Below are positions 54,804 through 64,000 of a stretch of 64,000 bases of DNA, piece after piece (positions within the stretch are counted from its first letter, which is position 1; each line of letters begins with the position of its first letter). The translations under genes were made by a program, and so were the position numbers. Source of the stretch: an uncultured Flavobacteriales bacterium (GTDB lineage Bacteria; Bacteroidota; Bacteroidia; Flavobacteriales_F; PHOS-HE28). The notes under the pieces were generated by a model, which saw only the letters and a program-made list of their open reading frames with translations, had not been told where the DNA came from and ran no database searches. The stretch spans positions 682,308 through 746,307 of the forward strand of contig CAVPLQ010000008.1 in assembly GCA_963706125.1 (NCBI GenBank). Reading direction: 5' to 3'.

Positions 54804-57770
54804 ATGCGCTTATGCACCTTGGTATATCTGTTCAGTGCCCTTACGGCACGGACCATGGCTCAACAGGTGGAAGTGACGTGCTATGGCATTGCCGGGGGTC
54901 TGCCGCAGAGCATGGTGAACCACGTACTTCAGGATGCCGATGGATTCATTTGGTTCGGCACCGGCGATGGGCTTGCCCGCTTCGACGGGTCGCGCTTCAC
55001 CGTGTACAAGTATGATCAGGAGGACAGTACCAGTCTTTCCCACAATGAGATCTGGGGGATCGCCCAAGCGGACTCCCGCCACCTGTTCATCGGCACCCGC
55101 AGTGGTTTGGACCTATTGGAGACCCGCTCCGGTTTATTCACGCACCTGTCCGTTGGATCGCGAGGCGGGCAGAATGGATGCTGGCAACAACTGTGGGCAG
55201 GAAGGGACAGCGCGTTGTTCTACTCTCCGCTCACTCAGGAACTACTGTCCCAAAGCCCCGACGGCTTCCACCGGAAGGCCTTTGCGCATGGTGCGTCTTA
55301 TTGCATGCGGATGTCCGCGGGCGGCCGCTACTTGGACCAGTACCTGTTCCCGGACACCCTTCTTTCCTCCGACTTCCAAAAGGGTGTGGAACATGTGCGC
55401 ATCCTTCCACGCAAGGGCGAAGTCTTGGACATGATCCGGCTCGACAGCAGTTGGTTGATGTTGGGGAAGCACGGCGCTTGGCGATGGATGGATGATGGTA
55501 GCGAACGGGAACTGCCGCTGCCATTGCGCGAGCTCGTCAGCCGTGTCCCGGGGACCAAGTATGTGGAAAGGGATGCGAACGGTGTCCTTTGGATGGGGGT
55601 CAGCGGCGTTGGAGTGGTCGTTCTCCGGCCCGATCTGTCAGTGAAGCGTCTCTATCCGTTGGAGGACGACGCGCGTTCATTGAGGATCACGAGCCTGTTC
55701 TTCGATCGTCAAGGGAACATTTGGGTAGGCAGCGACGGCAAAGGTGTGTTCCGCATCGCCCCGCAACGCATCAAGTTCGGACGGGCGATGCCCGGGACGC
55801 TTGGCTGGCGACCAAACTCTTGGTTCGTGCGGGATCTTGTCCAATGGGATGCGCACCACGTGCTGGTCAGCTTCGACCAAGGAGGGCTGGCCCTGTTCGA
55901 TGAGCGAAGCCTGACACTCTCCCCGTTGAAGATGGCGACGATCAATGAGAACGGCACCTACGCCAAGTTGAAACGTGATGTGGACGGGATCATCTGGTTC
56001 TTGGACGGGAACACATTGACCGCCATCGATCCGGCGACCTCCCGCGTGGTGATGCGGGGGGATGCAGGAACGAACCGGAAGTTGTTGCTGGACCCCGACG
56101 GTCACTTGCTCGTGATCCAGCTTGATGGTGTACGGCGTTTCGAACTCCTTGCGGGTCGGCTGGTCAAAGAGGATGTCCCCATGCCGGCCTTTATAGCTTG
56201 GCTGGACAGTGCCCGGAACCTGCCGCACCATGTGCAGTTCGACCCGCTAGGTCGGCTTTGGAGTTCCCGCGCTGGGCGTTTGACGGACGTCTGGCCAAAG
56301 GGGGCGGAGCGACCGCCCATGCATCCCTTCCCGATGGACGTCCGGCTGAACCAGCTCTTTGACATCGGGGACGGCACCGGATGGGCATGCACCAACAACG
56401 GGCTGTATGAGCTCCGATGGAAGGACTTGCACGTGCTGAAACATCTGTTTCCGCCGCATGGTCCTTCCGACGCGTTCGTATACGGCATGTTGGCTGACGG
56501 TGCCGGGCATCGATGGATCAGCAGTAACAAAGGACTCGATCGGGCCACGACCACGCTCGACACGATCCGGAACTACACCATCGAAGATGGGCTTCAGAGC
56601 ATGGAGTTCAATAGCAACGCCTTCTTCCGCAGCGCCAGTGGCCGGCTGTACTTCGGCGGCATCAACGGCTTCAACCACTTCCTGCCGAACGAAGTGAACG
56701 ACGACCCGGACGGCCCGCCGGTAGTCCTCATGCGGACATGGGCCCAAGACAGTCTGATCACCTTGGCGGAACATGATCCGACCATCGTACTGCCCTATCC
56801 GTTCAACCGTTTGGAACTGGAGATCGCCGTGCTGGAGATGAGCGATCCGGAGCGGTCTGCTTTCCGCTATCGCATGGCGGGATTCCAAGGCTATTGGCGC
56901 AACGCTTCACCACAGCGCACTCTTATTTTGGAACGCATTCCAGCCGGTGCCTTCACGCTGGAGGTGCAAGGGCTGAACGCCGACGGTGTTGCCGGTCCCG
57001 TATCGCTTTTGCTCAACATCGTCGTGCCTCTTCCGTTCTGGGCCTCTATTTGGTTCAATGTGCTCGTCGGTTGTGTGCTGGCCGCTGCGGTCGCGTGGTT
57101 GTTTTTCATCTATTATCGCCGCCGTAGGAACGCTGAGCTGGAGCGCGCCGAAAGGGGGATGGACGAGCTACGCCTGCGCACCCGCCTAGCGCAGGACATC
57201 CACGATGACATCGGCAGCGGTCTGGCCCGTATCACCGCCTTGTCACGGTCTCCAAAGCGGAGCACCGATGCGGAGGCGCGGTTCGAGAAGCTGGGTGGGA
57301 TCAGCAGTGAGATGCTCCATGACCTGCGCGACGTGGTCTGGATGAACACCCCCGGGAACGGGACGTTGGGTCCGCTGTTGATCCGTATCCGCGAACATGC
57401 GACGGATCTTTTCGAGGGGACGACGACCAAGGTGACCTGCGAATTCCCCGAACCACTGCCCACACGCCGGATCGGGGGGAAGGCGCGTCGCAATGTGTTG
57501 CTGATCGCCAAGGAAGCCTTGCAGAATGCCCATAAATATAGCGGTGCAAAGAACATCGTTCTCCGTTGGACCAATGATACCAGTGGATTTTCATTAGCCA
57601 TCAGCGATGATGGATGCGGTATCACCGGCGATGTGCCTCAAGGGGGCGGTCAGGGTTCGTGGAACATGCGGCAGCGCGCGGAGGAAATGAATGCGGATTA
57701 TGATCGCTCCTGTACTGCAGCAGGGACCACGGTGCGTATTTTCGGCCCAACGGCACTACTGAATGAGTGA
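54804..57770 (+). CDS. two-component-regulator-propeller (Y_Y_Y) hybrid sensor histidine kinase
   Basis: 988 aa from ATG at 54804. Signal/TM MRLCTLVYLFSALTARTMAQ, many Reg_prop repeats (..DGFIWFGTGDGLARFDG..), Y_Y_Y beta-sandwich, TM helix (..WFNVLVGCVLAAAVAWLFFIYY), H-box ..LAQDIHDDIGSGLARI.. and HATPase_c. Paralogue of the kinase at 26685..29871 but intact. Confidence 0.8.
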   Translation: MRLCTLVYLFSALTARTMAQQVEVTCYGIAGGLPQSMVNHVLQDADGFIWFGTGDGLARFDGSRFTVYKYDQEDSTSLSHNEIWGIAQADSRHLFIGTRSGLDLLETRSGLFTHLSVGSRGGQNGCWQQLWAGRDSALFYSPLTQELLSQSPDGFHRKAFAHGASYCMRMSAGGRYLDQYLFPDTLLSSDFQKGVEHVRILPRKGEVLDMIRLDSSWLMLGKHGAWRWMDDGSERELPLPLRELVSRVPGTKYVERDANGVLWMGVSGVGVVVLRPDLSVKRLYPLEDDARSLRITSLFFDRQGNIWVGSDGKGVFRIAPQRIKFGRAMPGTLGWRPNSWFVRDLVQWDAHHVLVSFDQGGLALFDERSLTLSPLKMATINENGTYAKLKRDVDGIIWFLDGNTLTAIDPATSRVVMRGDAGTNRKLLLDPDGHLLVIQLDGVRRFELLAGRLVKEDVPMPAFIAWLDSARNLPHHVQFDPLGRLWSSRAGRLTDVWPKGAERPPMHPFPMDVRLNQLFDIGDGTGWACTNNGLYELRWKDLHVLKHLFPPHGPSDAFVYGMLADGAGHRWISSNKGLDRATTTLDTIRNYTIEDGLQSMEFNSNAFFRSASGRLYFGGINGFNHFLPNEVNDDPDGPPVVLMRTWAQDSLITLAEHDPTIVLPYPFNRLELEIAVLEMSDPERSAFRYRMAGFQGYWRNASPQRTLILERIPAGAFTLEVQGLNADGVAGPVSLLLNIVVPLPFWASIWFNVLVGCVLAAAVAWLFFIYYRRRRNAELERAERGMDELRLRTRLAQDIHDDIGSGLARITALSRSPKRSTDAEARFEKLGGISSEMLHDLRDVVWMNTPGNGTLGPLLIRIREHATDLFEGTTTKVTCEFPEPLPTRRIGGKARRNVLLIAKEALQNAHKYSGAKNIVLRWTNDTSGFSLAISDDGCGITGDVPQGGGQGSWNMRQRAEEMNADYDRSCTAAGTTVRIFGPTALLNE

Positions 57771-58401
57771 GGAGTTGATCAGTGTGGATATCGTGGAGGA
57801 TGACCCCGTCCTGCGTGAAGCCTTCGTGGAGGCCGTGGAGGCTGACCCTGCCTTGTGGTTGGCCGGGGCCTTCCCGGATGGGGAGGAATTCCTGATCGCA
57901 TTGCCGGAAAGGGCACCGCAGGTGGTGATCATGGACCTGAACCTGCCCGGCATGCAGGGGGGCGAATGCACGCGGCGTGCAAAAGCACTGTTGCCGGACC
58001 TGCTGGTCCTTGTCAGCACCGTGCAGGATGATGATGACAGCCTGTACAATGCCTTGTGCGCAGGTGCCACGGGCTATCTCTTGAAGGATGCGCGACCGGC
58101 GGACTTAGCGAACGCCGTGAAGACCCTTTTCGCTGGCGGCTCGCCGATGAGCCCCGGCATCGCGCGACGGGTCCTCGCCGGTTTTGTTCCGCCGAAAAAA
58201 CAGGCAAAGGAGATGAACCTCCTCAGTGAACGTGAACGCGAGGTGCTGGAGCAACTGGCAAAGGGATATCGCTACAAGGAGATCGCGGACGGCCTGAACC
58301 TGAGCATCGATACGGTGCGCACGCACATCCGCAACCTGTACCAGAAGCTGCATGTGAGCTCACGGACCGACGCTCTGAACAAGCTCTATCCACGCGGGTA
58401 G
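57763..58401 (+). CDS. LuxR/NarL-family DNA-binding response regulator
   Basis: 212 aa, REC plus LuxR HTH (..LSEREREVLEQLAKGYRYKEIADGLNLSIDTVRTHIRNLYQKL..). Overlaps the kinase stop by 8 nt. Confidence 0.85.
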   Translation: MSEELISVDIVEDDPVLREAFVEAVEADPALWLAGAFPDGEEFLIALPERAPQVVIMDLNLPGMQGGECTRRAKALLPDLLVLVSTVQDDDDSLYNALCAGATGYLLKDARPADLANAVKTLFAGGSPMSPGIARRVLAGFVPPKKQAKEMNLLSEREREVLEQLAKGYRYKEIADGLNLSIDTVRTHIRNLYQKLHVSSRTDALNKLYPRG

Positions 58402-58485
58402 GTCTCATTTTCACATGAAAGTGGTATTGCCGCCGCAACGGCGCTGGCGGAGCTTTGTCCCATGGGCCAAAACTCCACCATCATC

Positions 58486-60036
58486 ATGAAACACTGGATG
58501 CTCACCGCGCTGCTCCTTCCCACGATCGCCTGCGCCCAAAAGGAATTCCCGAAGATCTGGGAAGCCAAGTTCACCGTGGATGCGGACTGGAAAAGCTGCA
58601 CCGACGATCTACAGTATGTGATCGGCGGGGACATGAGCGAGGTCGAAATGCTGGACGGCAATACGGGCAAATCGCTTTGGACCTACAATTTCAAGGAAAA
58701 GAACGGGGTAAAGAAGTGTGAGAACATGAAGATGGATGATGCGTCCGGGACGTTGGAGGTGACCCTTCAGCAGAATGGAAAGGATGCCCCGCTGGAAACC
58801 TTCCATCTGGACTTCCGCACGGGCCAACCGGTGGGCGAAAGTGAATTGACCCAACGGGAGGTCAAGATAAAGACCCGGGTAAGGCGCCAAGGCTGGTGTC
58901 ATGATGAGGCCACCGATACTTGGGTGGAAACCAGCTATGACTCCAAACTCTTCATGAATGCGGGAGGTGGTACAAAACTCAATATCACGGTGGAAGCTTC
59001 CGGTGGGAATAAGTGGAAAGCCAATTTCACCGGTAAAGTAGTACGGCACTTGAACAACGACATGCTGCCCTCAAGTGAAGGTCAAGTGATCCTCAGCGTT
59101 ACCAGCGGCCAGGGTAAGGTCTTCGTGGTGTATGAGGGCATCACCTGCATTGACATCACCACCGGCAAGATCCTTTGGACCACCACCTTCGACAATGTGC
59201 AGATAAGCGGCGGCCTGAAGATCGTACAGGAGATCGGCCGCAGTGCCATGCCATTGATCGCTGCCGACGGCGTGTATGTCTGTGACTTCACCAAGGGGGA
59301 GCGCACCATCAAGAAGCTGGACCTCGCCACCGGAGCGGTGATCTGGAGCGCGGACAAGCTCAAGCAGAACGATATTGTCTCCAAGCTCATTCTCGACGGA
59401 GGGAACCTCATCGCCCGCTTCGGTGGGCTGATCCGCATCGAGGAGTACATCCCCGGAATGAACGGCAACCCCAGTGTCTACAAAGTGAAATACTCATTCG
59501 AAGGCTCCTCCGCCCTGCATGCCTTTGATGCGGCAACGGGCAGGCCGACCTGGGACACGGAGGCCATGGAGCTGGGGGACAACTTCAAGAAGAGCGAATG
59601 CACCGTCTACGGAAGCCCGGGCCGCGTTTATGCCTGCGGCGACAAGAACATCTACATTTTCGAATCTGCTACGGGCAAGGTCCTCAACCAGGCCGGGTAC
59701 GACACCAAGGCCATAGGCAAGGCGTCGGCGCTATACCCCTTCCACGAGGCGATCATGATAGAGGGCGAAAAGGGCGTAGCCCAAGTGGATGCTGAACTGG
59801 CCCCGAAATACGCCACCAATACGGGGAAATGCCTGATGACCGAGTTCGAGGGGGACGCCTTCATCGTATGGACCGGAAAGAAACCCGATGAGCGCAACGA
59901 ATTCGTCCGCCTCGATCCCGCGACGGGCACGATAATGGGCAACATGAGTGATTGCCGGTGGCCGCATTTCGATACCACCGGGGATCGCTTCGTGATGTTC
60001 GACGGAAAGAAGGCGATGATGTACCGTACCAATTGA
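58486..60036 (+). CDS. secreted PQQ-like (BamB-type) beta-propeller repeat protein
   Basis: 516 aa from ATG at 58486, signal peptide MKHWMLTALLLPTIACAQ. Repeated ..TGKSLWTY.., ..TGKILWTT.., ..TGAVIWSAD.., ..TGRPTWDT.., ..TGKVLNQ.. blades. Confidence 0.6.
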   Translation: MKHWMLTALLLPTIACAQKEFPKIWEAKFTVDADWKSCTDDLQYVIGGDMSEVEMLDGNTGKSLWTYNFKEKNGVKKCENMKMDDASGTLEVTLQQNGKDAPLETFHLDFRTGQPVGESELTQREVKIKTRVRRQGWCHDEATDTWVETSYDSKLFMNAGGGTKLNITVEASGGNKWKANFTGKVVRHLNNDMLPSSEGQVILSVTSGQGKVFVVYEGITCIDITTGKILWTTTFDNVQISGGLKIVQEIGRSAMPLIAADGVYVCDFTKGERTIKKLDLATGAVIWSADKLKQNDIVSKLILDGGNLIARFGGLIRIEEYIPGMNGNPSVYKVKYSFEGSSALHAFDAATGRPTWDTEAMELGDNFKKSECTVYGSPGRVYACGDKNIYIFESATGKVLNQAGYDTKAIGKASALYPFHEAIMIEGEKGVAQVDAELAPKYATNTGKCLMTEFEGDAFIVWTGKKPDERNEFVRLDPATGTIMGNMSDCRWPHFDTTGDRFVMFDGKKAMMYRTN

Positions 60037-60294
60037 ACGTGGCGATGTGGGCAAGTATCTCTCCGGGGTTTCAACGGCTTCTTGCGGCAGCCCGACCGCA
60101 GATTGTCACGGAATATGATGCTTCCCACTACGTCCGGGTCGATCCCCGGCTGTTACGCGGCTTCGGGGGCTGCGCCACGTTCCATAACGACCGGTATGCG
60201 CCCGGCACCTTCACGCAACACACGATCGGCCTACGGTTCGGGGCGATCTACTGAACCGATCACTTTCATCAACCCCAAACCAACACACGCGCAC

Positions 60295-61182
60295 ATGAAA
60301 CAGATCATTACCTTCTCTTCCATCCTGAGCATCGCAAGTCTTTTCGCTCAGCCCACCATACAATTCTCCGATGTGTCGACCGGGGTCACTACGCTCAGCG
60401 TCTACTCCATGACGGACCCGGGCACAGCCGATGAACCGAGCAACGGTGCCAACCAGACCTGGGACCTCAGCAGCGTCCAATTCGCCGCTACTGGCACAGC
60501 GGCGTTGGGCACGGCCAGTGGAACCCCATATGCGGCATCCTATCCAGCCGCCAATTGGGCGTGGGTCAACTCCCCGACCGTGGGTCCGGCGGACTACCTG
60601 TACATGGTCCTGAGCGCGTCCGGCATGGAAAACGTGGCCACCCATGTGCCTGCGGCTCCGAACGAGTACACCGACTATCAAAAGATCATGCAGTTCCCCT
60701 TTGCCTTCGGATCCTCGTTCACGGATACATATGCTTCTCCCGACCACACCGGCTCGGATACTTGGACGTACGAGGGCCATGGCACTCTCATCACATCCAT
60801 CGGCACCTTCACCGACCAGTTGAAATTGAAGAGCAGTGATGATGACGTGGTGATCTGGAATGCCTCGCCGCTCTATCCGCGGGTGATCGCGAGCAGTAGT
60901 GGGGTCATGCTCTTCGGACCATTGACCACGGGCGTGGCCGACGCCGGAGCTTCACCCCTTGTCGTGTTCCCGGTACCCGCCGGCACGTTCTTGACCATCC
61001 TAGGCATCTGCGGCACTGCGCAATGGAAAGTCATGGACCTTCAGGGCCGGGTGATCCTCAACGGGGGCTCCTTCACTGGGCCGCAAGCGACGGTGGACAT
61101 CGCCTCCTTGGCCCAAGGTGAATACCTCATGTCCGTGCAGGAAGTCGCTGGTCGGCGGATGGTCCGGTTCCAGAAGCAGTAG
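60295..61182 (+). CDS. secreted protein with T9SS type-A C-terminal sorting domain
   Basis: 295 aa from ATG at 60295. Signal peptide MKQIITFSSILSIASLFAQ. C-terminus ..VVFPVPAGTFLTI..MDLQGRVIL..LAQGEYLMSVQEVAGRRMVRFQKQ. Confidence 0.65.
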   Translation: MKQIITFSSILSIASLFAQPTIQFSDVSTGVTTLSVYSMTDPGTADEPSNGANQTWDLSSVQFAATGTAALGTASGTPYAASYPAANWAWVNSPTVGPADYLYMVLSASGMENVATHVPAAPNEYTDYQKIMQFPFAFGSSFTDTYASPDHTGSDTWTYEGHGTLITSIGTFTDQLKLKSSDDDVVIWNASPLYPRVIASSSGVMLFGPLTTGVADAGASPLVVFPVPAGTFLTILGICGTAQWKVMDLQGRVILNGGSFTGPQATVDIASLAQGEYLMSVQEVAGRRMVRFQKQ

Positions 61183-61200
61183 TCTCAGGTTACGGGGCCG

Positions 61201-62577
61201 GTGGAGGATCATCCACAGGTCCGGTCACCTATGCTTCCCGCGCTTTCGGGATCCCCTGTAGCTTTCGCCGCCATGGCCGAAAGCGATCCCGATCAGCGAC
61301 TCTTGCTCCAATTCCTGGCACGCTTGGGCCAGGCCGAACTGGCCGCAGGCAACGCAGTCGCCTTGATAGAGCGCGACTTAGGGCAGATCGCCAAGCGCAA
61401 CGGGCAGCCGAGCATCGTGGTGTTCGCCCTGCCCACCGTGCTGATGGTGCAAAGTGATGAGGGGGCGGAGCACCGTGTGCAGATCACTCCCGGGCCTTAC
61501 CGCGTGGGGGAGCTACGCTTCGACCAGTTGGAAGGCGTGCTGGAGATCGCCCGCGAGGCCCGTGCCGGCCGGCTTTCCCCGAAGGACGGCCTGCGCAAGC
61601 TCGACGCTATCTGGCGCATGAAGCACCGCTACGGCGACTTCGGCTTCGTGGTGGGCTACCTGATCACCACCATCGCTACTGCTTTGATCCTGCGGCCCAC
61701 CTGGAGTGGCTTAGGCTATATCGCCGTGCTCGGCCTCATCTGCGCCCTGCTTTTGGTGGCGGTGCGGCGCCAGCCCGCATGGAACGCCGTGATGCCCGTG
61801 GTGGCCGCGTTCGTCCTAGCCTCGGTGGTGGCCGTATTCTACCGCTATGGTGTGCAGGAAGCTCCCTTCCAGCTGCTGATCCCGCCGTTGATCATTTTCC
61901 TGCCGGGCAGCATGCTCACCGTGGCCGTGGTGGAATTGGCCTTCGCCAATACCGTTTCCGGAGCCTCAAGACTGGTGGCGGGTTTCGGCCAGTTGATCCT
62001 GCTGGCTTTCGGGCTGCTGGGCGGCTTCCGGCTTTTCGGGGATGGCACTCCGGAGCTCGTTGACCATACGGAACGCTTGGCACCCTGGCTGGCCTGGGCG
62101 GGCGTTGTGCTCTTTGCCATCGGGCTGCACCTGTTCAAAAGCAGCCGCAGGCGGTCCCTGCCGTGGGTCATCCTCACCATGCTCATGGCCTACCTCGGGC
62201 AGTACGTCTCCGGCCGCTTCGTCGACGGGGCCTCCACGGCGTTCTTCGGCGCGGCGGTAATGGCCATCACCGCGCTGGTGATCGAATACCGCTTCAAGGG
62301 GCCGCCCGCATTGGTGAACATCCTGCCGGCGTTCTGGCTGCTCGCCCCCGGTTCCTTCGGCCTGGTCAGCGTCACCACCATGGCCGCCGATGGCATGGGC
62401 TCAGCGGGCAACATCCTCCGCTTGCTCTTTATCCTCACAGCCATAGCTTCCGGGTCCCTCATCGGGGCCTTCTTGTACAGTGGCCTGCTGCACGTGCGCA
62501 AAGCGCGCCTGTGGCGGAAGGGGCCACCGTTGCCGGTGGATCCCATGGTGGGGAATGAAGAGGAGGGGACGTTGTGA
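61201..62577 (+). CDS. ThrE-family (threonine/serine exporter-like, DUF1212+DUF3815) membrane protein
   Basis: N-terminal cytoplasmic DUF1212-like region, then about 10 TM helices (..GYLITTIATALILRP.., ..LLAPGSFGLVSV..). The true start may be a downstream ATG (61231 or 61276). Confidence 0.6.
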   Translation: MEDHPQVRSPMLPALSGSPVAFAAMAESDPDQRLLLQFLARLGQAELAAGNAVALIERDLGQIAKRNGQPSIVVFALPTVLMVQSDEGAEHRVQITPGPYRVGELRFDQLEGVLEIAREARAGRLSPKDGLRKLDAIWRMKHRYGDFGFVVGYLITTIATALILRPTWSGLGYIAVLGLICALLLVAVRRQPAWNAVMPVVAAFVLASVVAVFYRYGVQEAPFQLLIPPLIIFLPGSMLTVAVVELAFANTVSGASRLVAGFGQLILLAFGLLGGFRLFGDGTPELVDHTERLAPWLAWAGVVLFAIGLHLFKSSRRRSLPWVILTMLMAYLGQYVSGRFVDGASTAFFGAAVMAITALVIEYRFKGPPALVNILPAFWLLAPGSFGLVSVTTMAADGMGSAGNILRLLFILTAIASGSLIGAFLYSGLLHVRKARLWRKGPPLPVDPMVGNEEEGTL

Positions 62578-62660
62578 GGACAGCGCTTTCACTGGTGCTT
62601 TCGATGAAGCCTTTCCCGCTATGTACCTTTGCGGCCTCTTAACTATCGCGCAGAACAGCC

Positions 62661-64000
62661 ATGGCCCACATCTTCGATATCGACATGATCAAGGCGGTCT
62701 ATGACCGCTATCCCGAACGCATCGCCGCTGCCCGCAAGGCATTGGGCAAGCCGCTCACCCTTACGGAGAAGATCCTGTACGCCCACCTCACTGAGGGAGC
62801 CGCGACCAAGGCACTGAAGCGGGGAGAGGATTATGTCGATTTCGCGCCGGACCGCGTGGCCATGCAGGACGCGACCGCGCAGATGGCTTTGCTGCAGTTC
62901 AAGACCACTGGCCGACCCCATGTGGCCGTGCCCAGCACCGTGCATTGCGACCACCTGATCCAAGCGCGTGTCGGCGCTGCGAAGGATCTGCAAGAGGCGC
63001 TGCTGAAGGGCAATGAGGTGTTCCAGTTCCTGGAAAGCATTTCGAACAAATACGGCATCGGATTCTGGCGTCCGGGCGCGGGCATCATCCACCAAGTGGT
63101 GCTGGAGAACTACGCCTTCCCCGGTGGCCTGATGATCGGTACCGACAGCCATACGCCCAATGCTGGCGGCTTGGGCATGCTCGCCATCGGCGTGGGCGGC
63201 GCGGATGCCTGCGATGTGATGAGCGGCTTGCCTTGGGAGCTGAAGATGCCGAAGGTCATCGGCATCAAGCTTACCGGTAAGCTCAGCGGCTGGGCATCGG
63301 CAAAGGACGTGATCCTCGTGGTGGCCGGCATCCTTACCGTGAAAGGCGGCACCGGTGCCATCGTGGAATACTTCGGCCCCGGCGCTGAAAGCCTCAGCTG
63401 CACCGGCAAAGGCACCATCGGTAACATGGGCGCGGAGATCGGCGCCACCACCAGCACATTCGGCTACGACGACAGCATGCGCCGCTACCTCAACGGTACC
63501 GGTCGCGCGGATCTCGTAAAGCTGGCCGACCAAGTGGCCGAGCACCTCACCGGCGATCCCGAGGTGTATGCCGACCCCGAGAAATACTTCGACCGCGTGA
63601 TCGAGATCGACCTCAACACGCTGGAGCCGCACATCAACGGCCCGTACACTCCAGACCTCGCGTGGCCCATCAGCAAATTCGCCGCCGCGGTGAAGGAGAA
63701 CGGCTGGCCCGAAGAATTGGAAGTAGGCCTTATCGGATCCTGCACCAACAGCAGCTATGAGGACCTCACACGCAGCGCATCCATCGCACAGCAGGCCGTG
63801 GACAAGGGATTGAAGGCCAAGAGTGAATTCACCGTGACGCCCGGCAGCGAGCAAGTGCGCTTCACGGCGGAGCGCGACGGCATCCTGCAGACCTTCGAAG
63901 AGATAGGCGGAATGGTGCTCGCCAATGCCTGCGGACCCTGCATCGGCCAATGGGCGCGGCACAACAAGCACCCCGAGAAGAAGAACTCCATCCTCACTTC
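62661..64000 (+). CDS. acnA: aconitate hydratase (AcnA/mitochondrial-type), 5' portion; continues beyond window
   Basis: ATG at 62661 ([43 protein letters not shown]..). Fe-S ligand regions are present (..[12 protein letters not shown].., ..[11 protein letters not shown].., ..[10 protein letters not shown]..). There is no stop within the window, which is why it is absent from the ORF track. Confidence 0.85.
   Translation, partial: MAHIFDIDMIKAVYDRYPERIAAARKALGKPLTLTEKILYAHLTEGAATKALKRGEDYVDFAPDRVAMQDATAQMALLQFKTTGRPHVAVPSTVHCDHLIQARVGAAKDLQEALLKGNEVFQFLESISNKYGIGFWRPGAGIIHQVVLENYAFPGGLMIGTDSHTPNAGGLGMLAIGVGGADACDVMSGLPWELKMPKVIGIKLTGKLSGWASAKDVILVVAGILTVKGGTGAIVEYFGPGAESLSCTGKGTIGNMGAEIGATTSTFGYDDSMRRYLNGTGRADLVKLADQVAEHLTGDPEVYADPEKYFDRVIEIDLNTLEPHINGPYTPDLAWPISKFAAAVKENGWPEELEVGLIGSCTNSSYEDLTRSASIAQQAVDKGLKAKSEFTVTPGSEQVRFTAERDGILQTFEEIGGMVLANACGPCIGQWARHNKHPEKKNSILT

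Noticed and set aside
62643-63971. 442-aa minus-strand ORF
   Set aside because: Antisense to the acnA reading frame that starts at 62661 and runs off the window. acnA has unambiguous aconitase homology.
1-64000. CRISPR arrays, IS elements, integrases, prophage blocks, rRNA/tRNA genes
   Set aside because: Searched for regularly spaced direct repeats, transposase/integrase-like ORFs and tRNA cloverleafs. Only the tRNA-like end of tmRNA was found; none of the others is present.

Overview
Chromosomal window from a high-GC Bacteroidota genome (about 60% GC). Supporting signs: many T9SS C-terminal sorting domains (type A and type B), BlaI/BlaR1(M56)-TonB pairs, propeller-type hybrid sensor kinases, and a tmRNA tag ending ..EYALAA. 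Gene density is high and mostly housekeeping: kynA, hpt, adk, obg, crcB, icd, dnaX, rpsF-rpsR-rplI, acnA.

The most coherent accessory unit is a minus-strand fatty-acid beta-oxidation cluster at about 32.1-40.2 kb: marR, fadB, fadA, a DinD/Bro-N-like gene, a kinase-less propeller lipoprotein, and an acyl-CoA dehydrogenase. The same 14-bp palindrome GTATGC-NN-GCATAC sits upstream of both marR and the acyl-CoA dehydrogenase, so I propose a MarR-controlled regulon.

The second main observation is an unusual density of coding lesions (frameshifts and one in-frame amber) between about 19 and 42 kb, plus one at 0.26 kb, against apparently intact genes elsewhere. One lesion makes fadB and fadA read as a single 1181-aa fusion ORF. 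I cannot tell from sequence alone whether this reflects local assembly/read error or genuine gene decay.

Other notable items: a complete tmRNA (ssrA); an obg-PAP2-crcB-alkaline phosphatase chain with ATGA overlaps and no room for a fluoride riboswitch; two paralogous propeller-HK/LuxR-RR pairs; a ComEA-like HhH domain fused to an outer-membrane barrel; at least five T9SS cargo genes. No CRISPR array, IS element, integrase or prophage was recognised.
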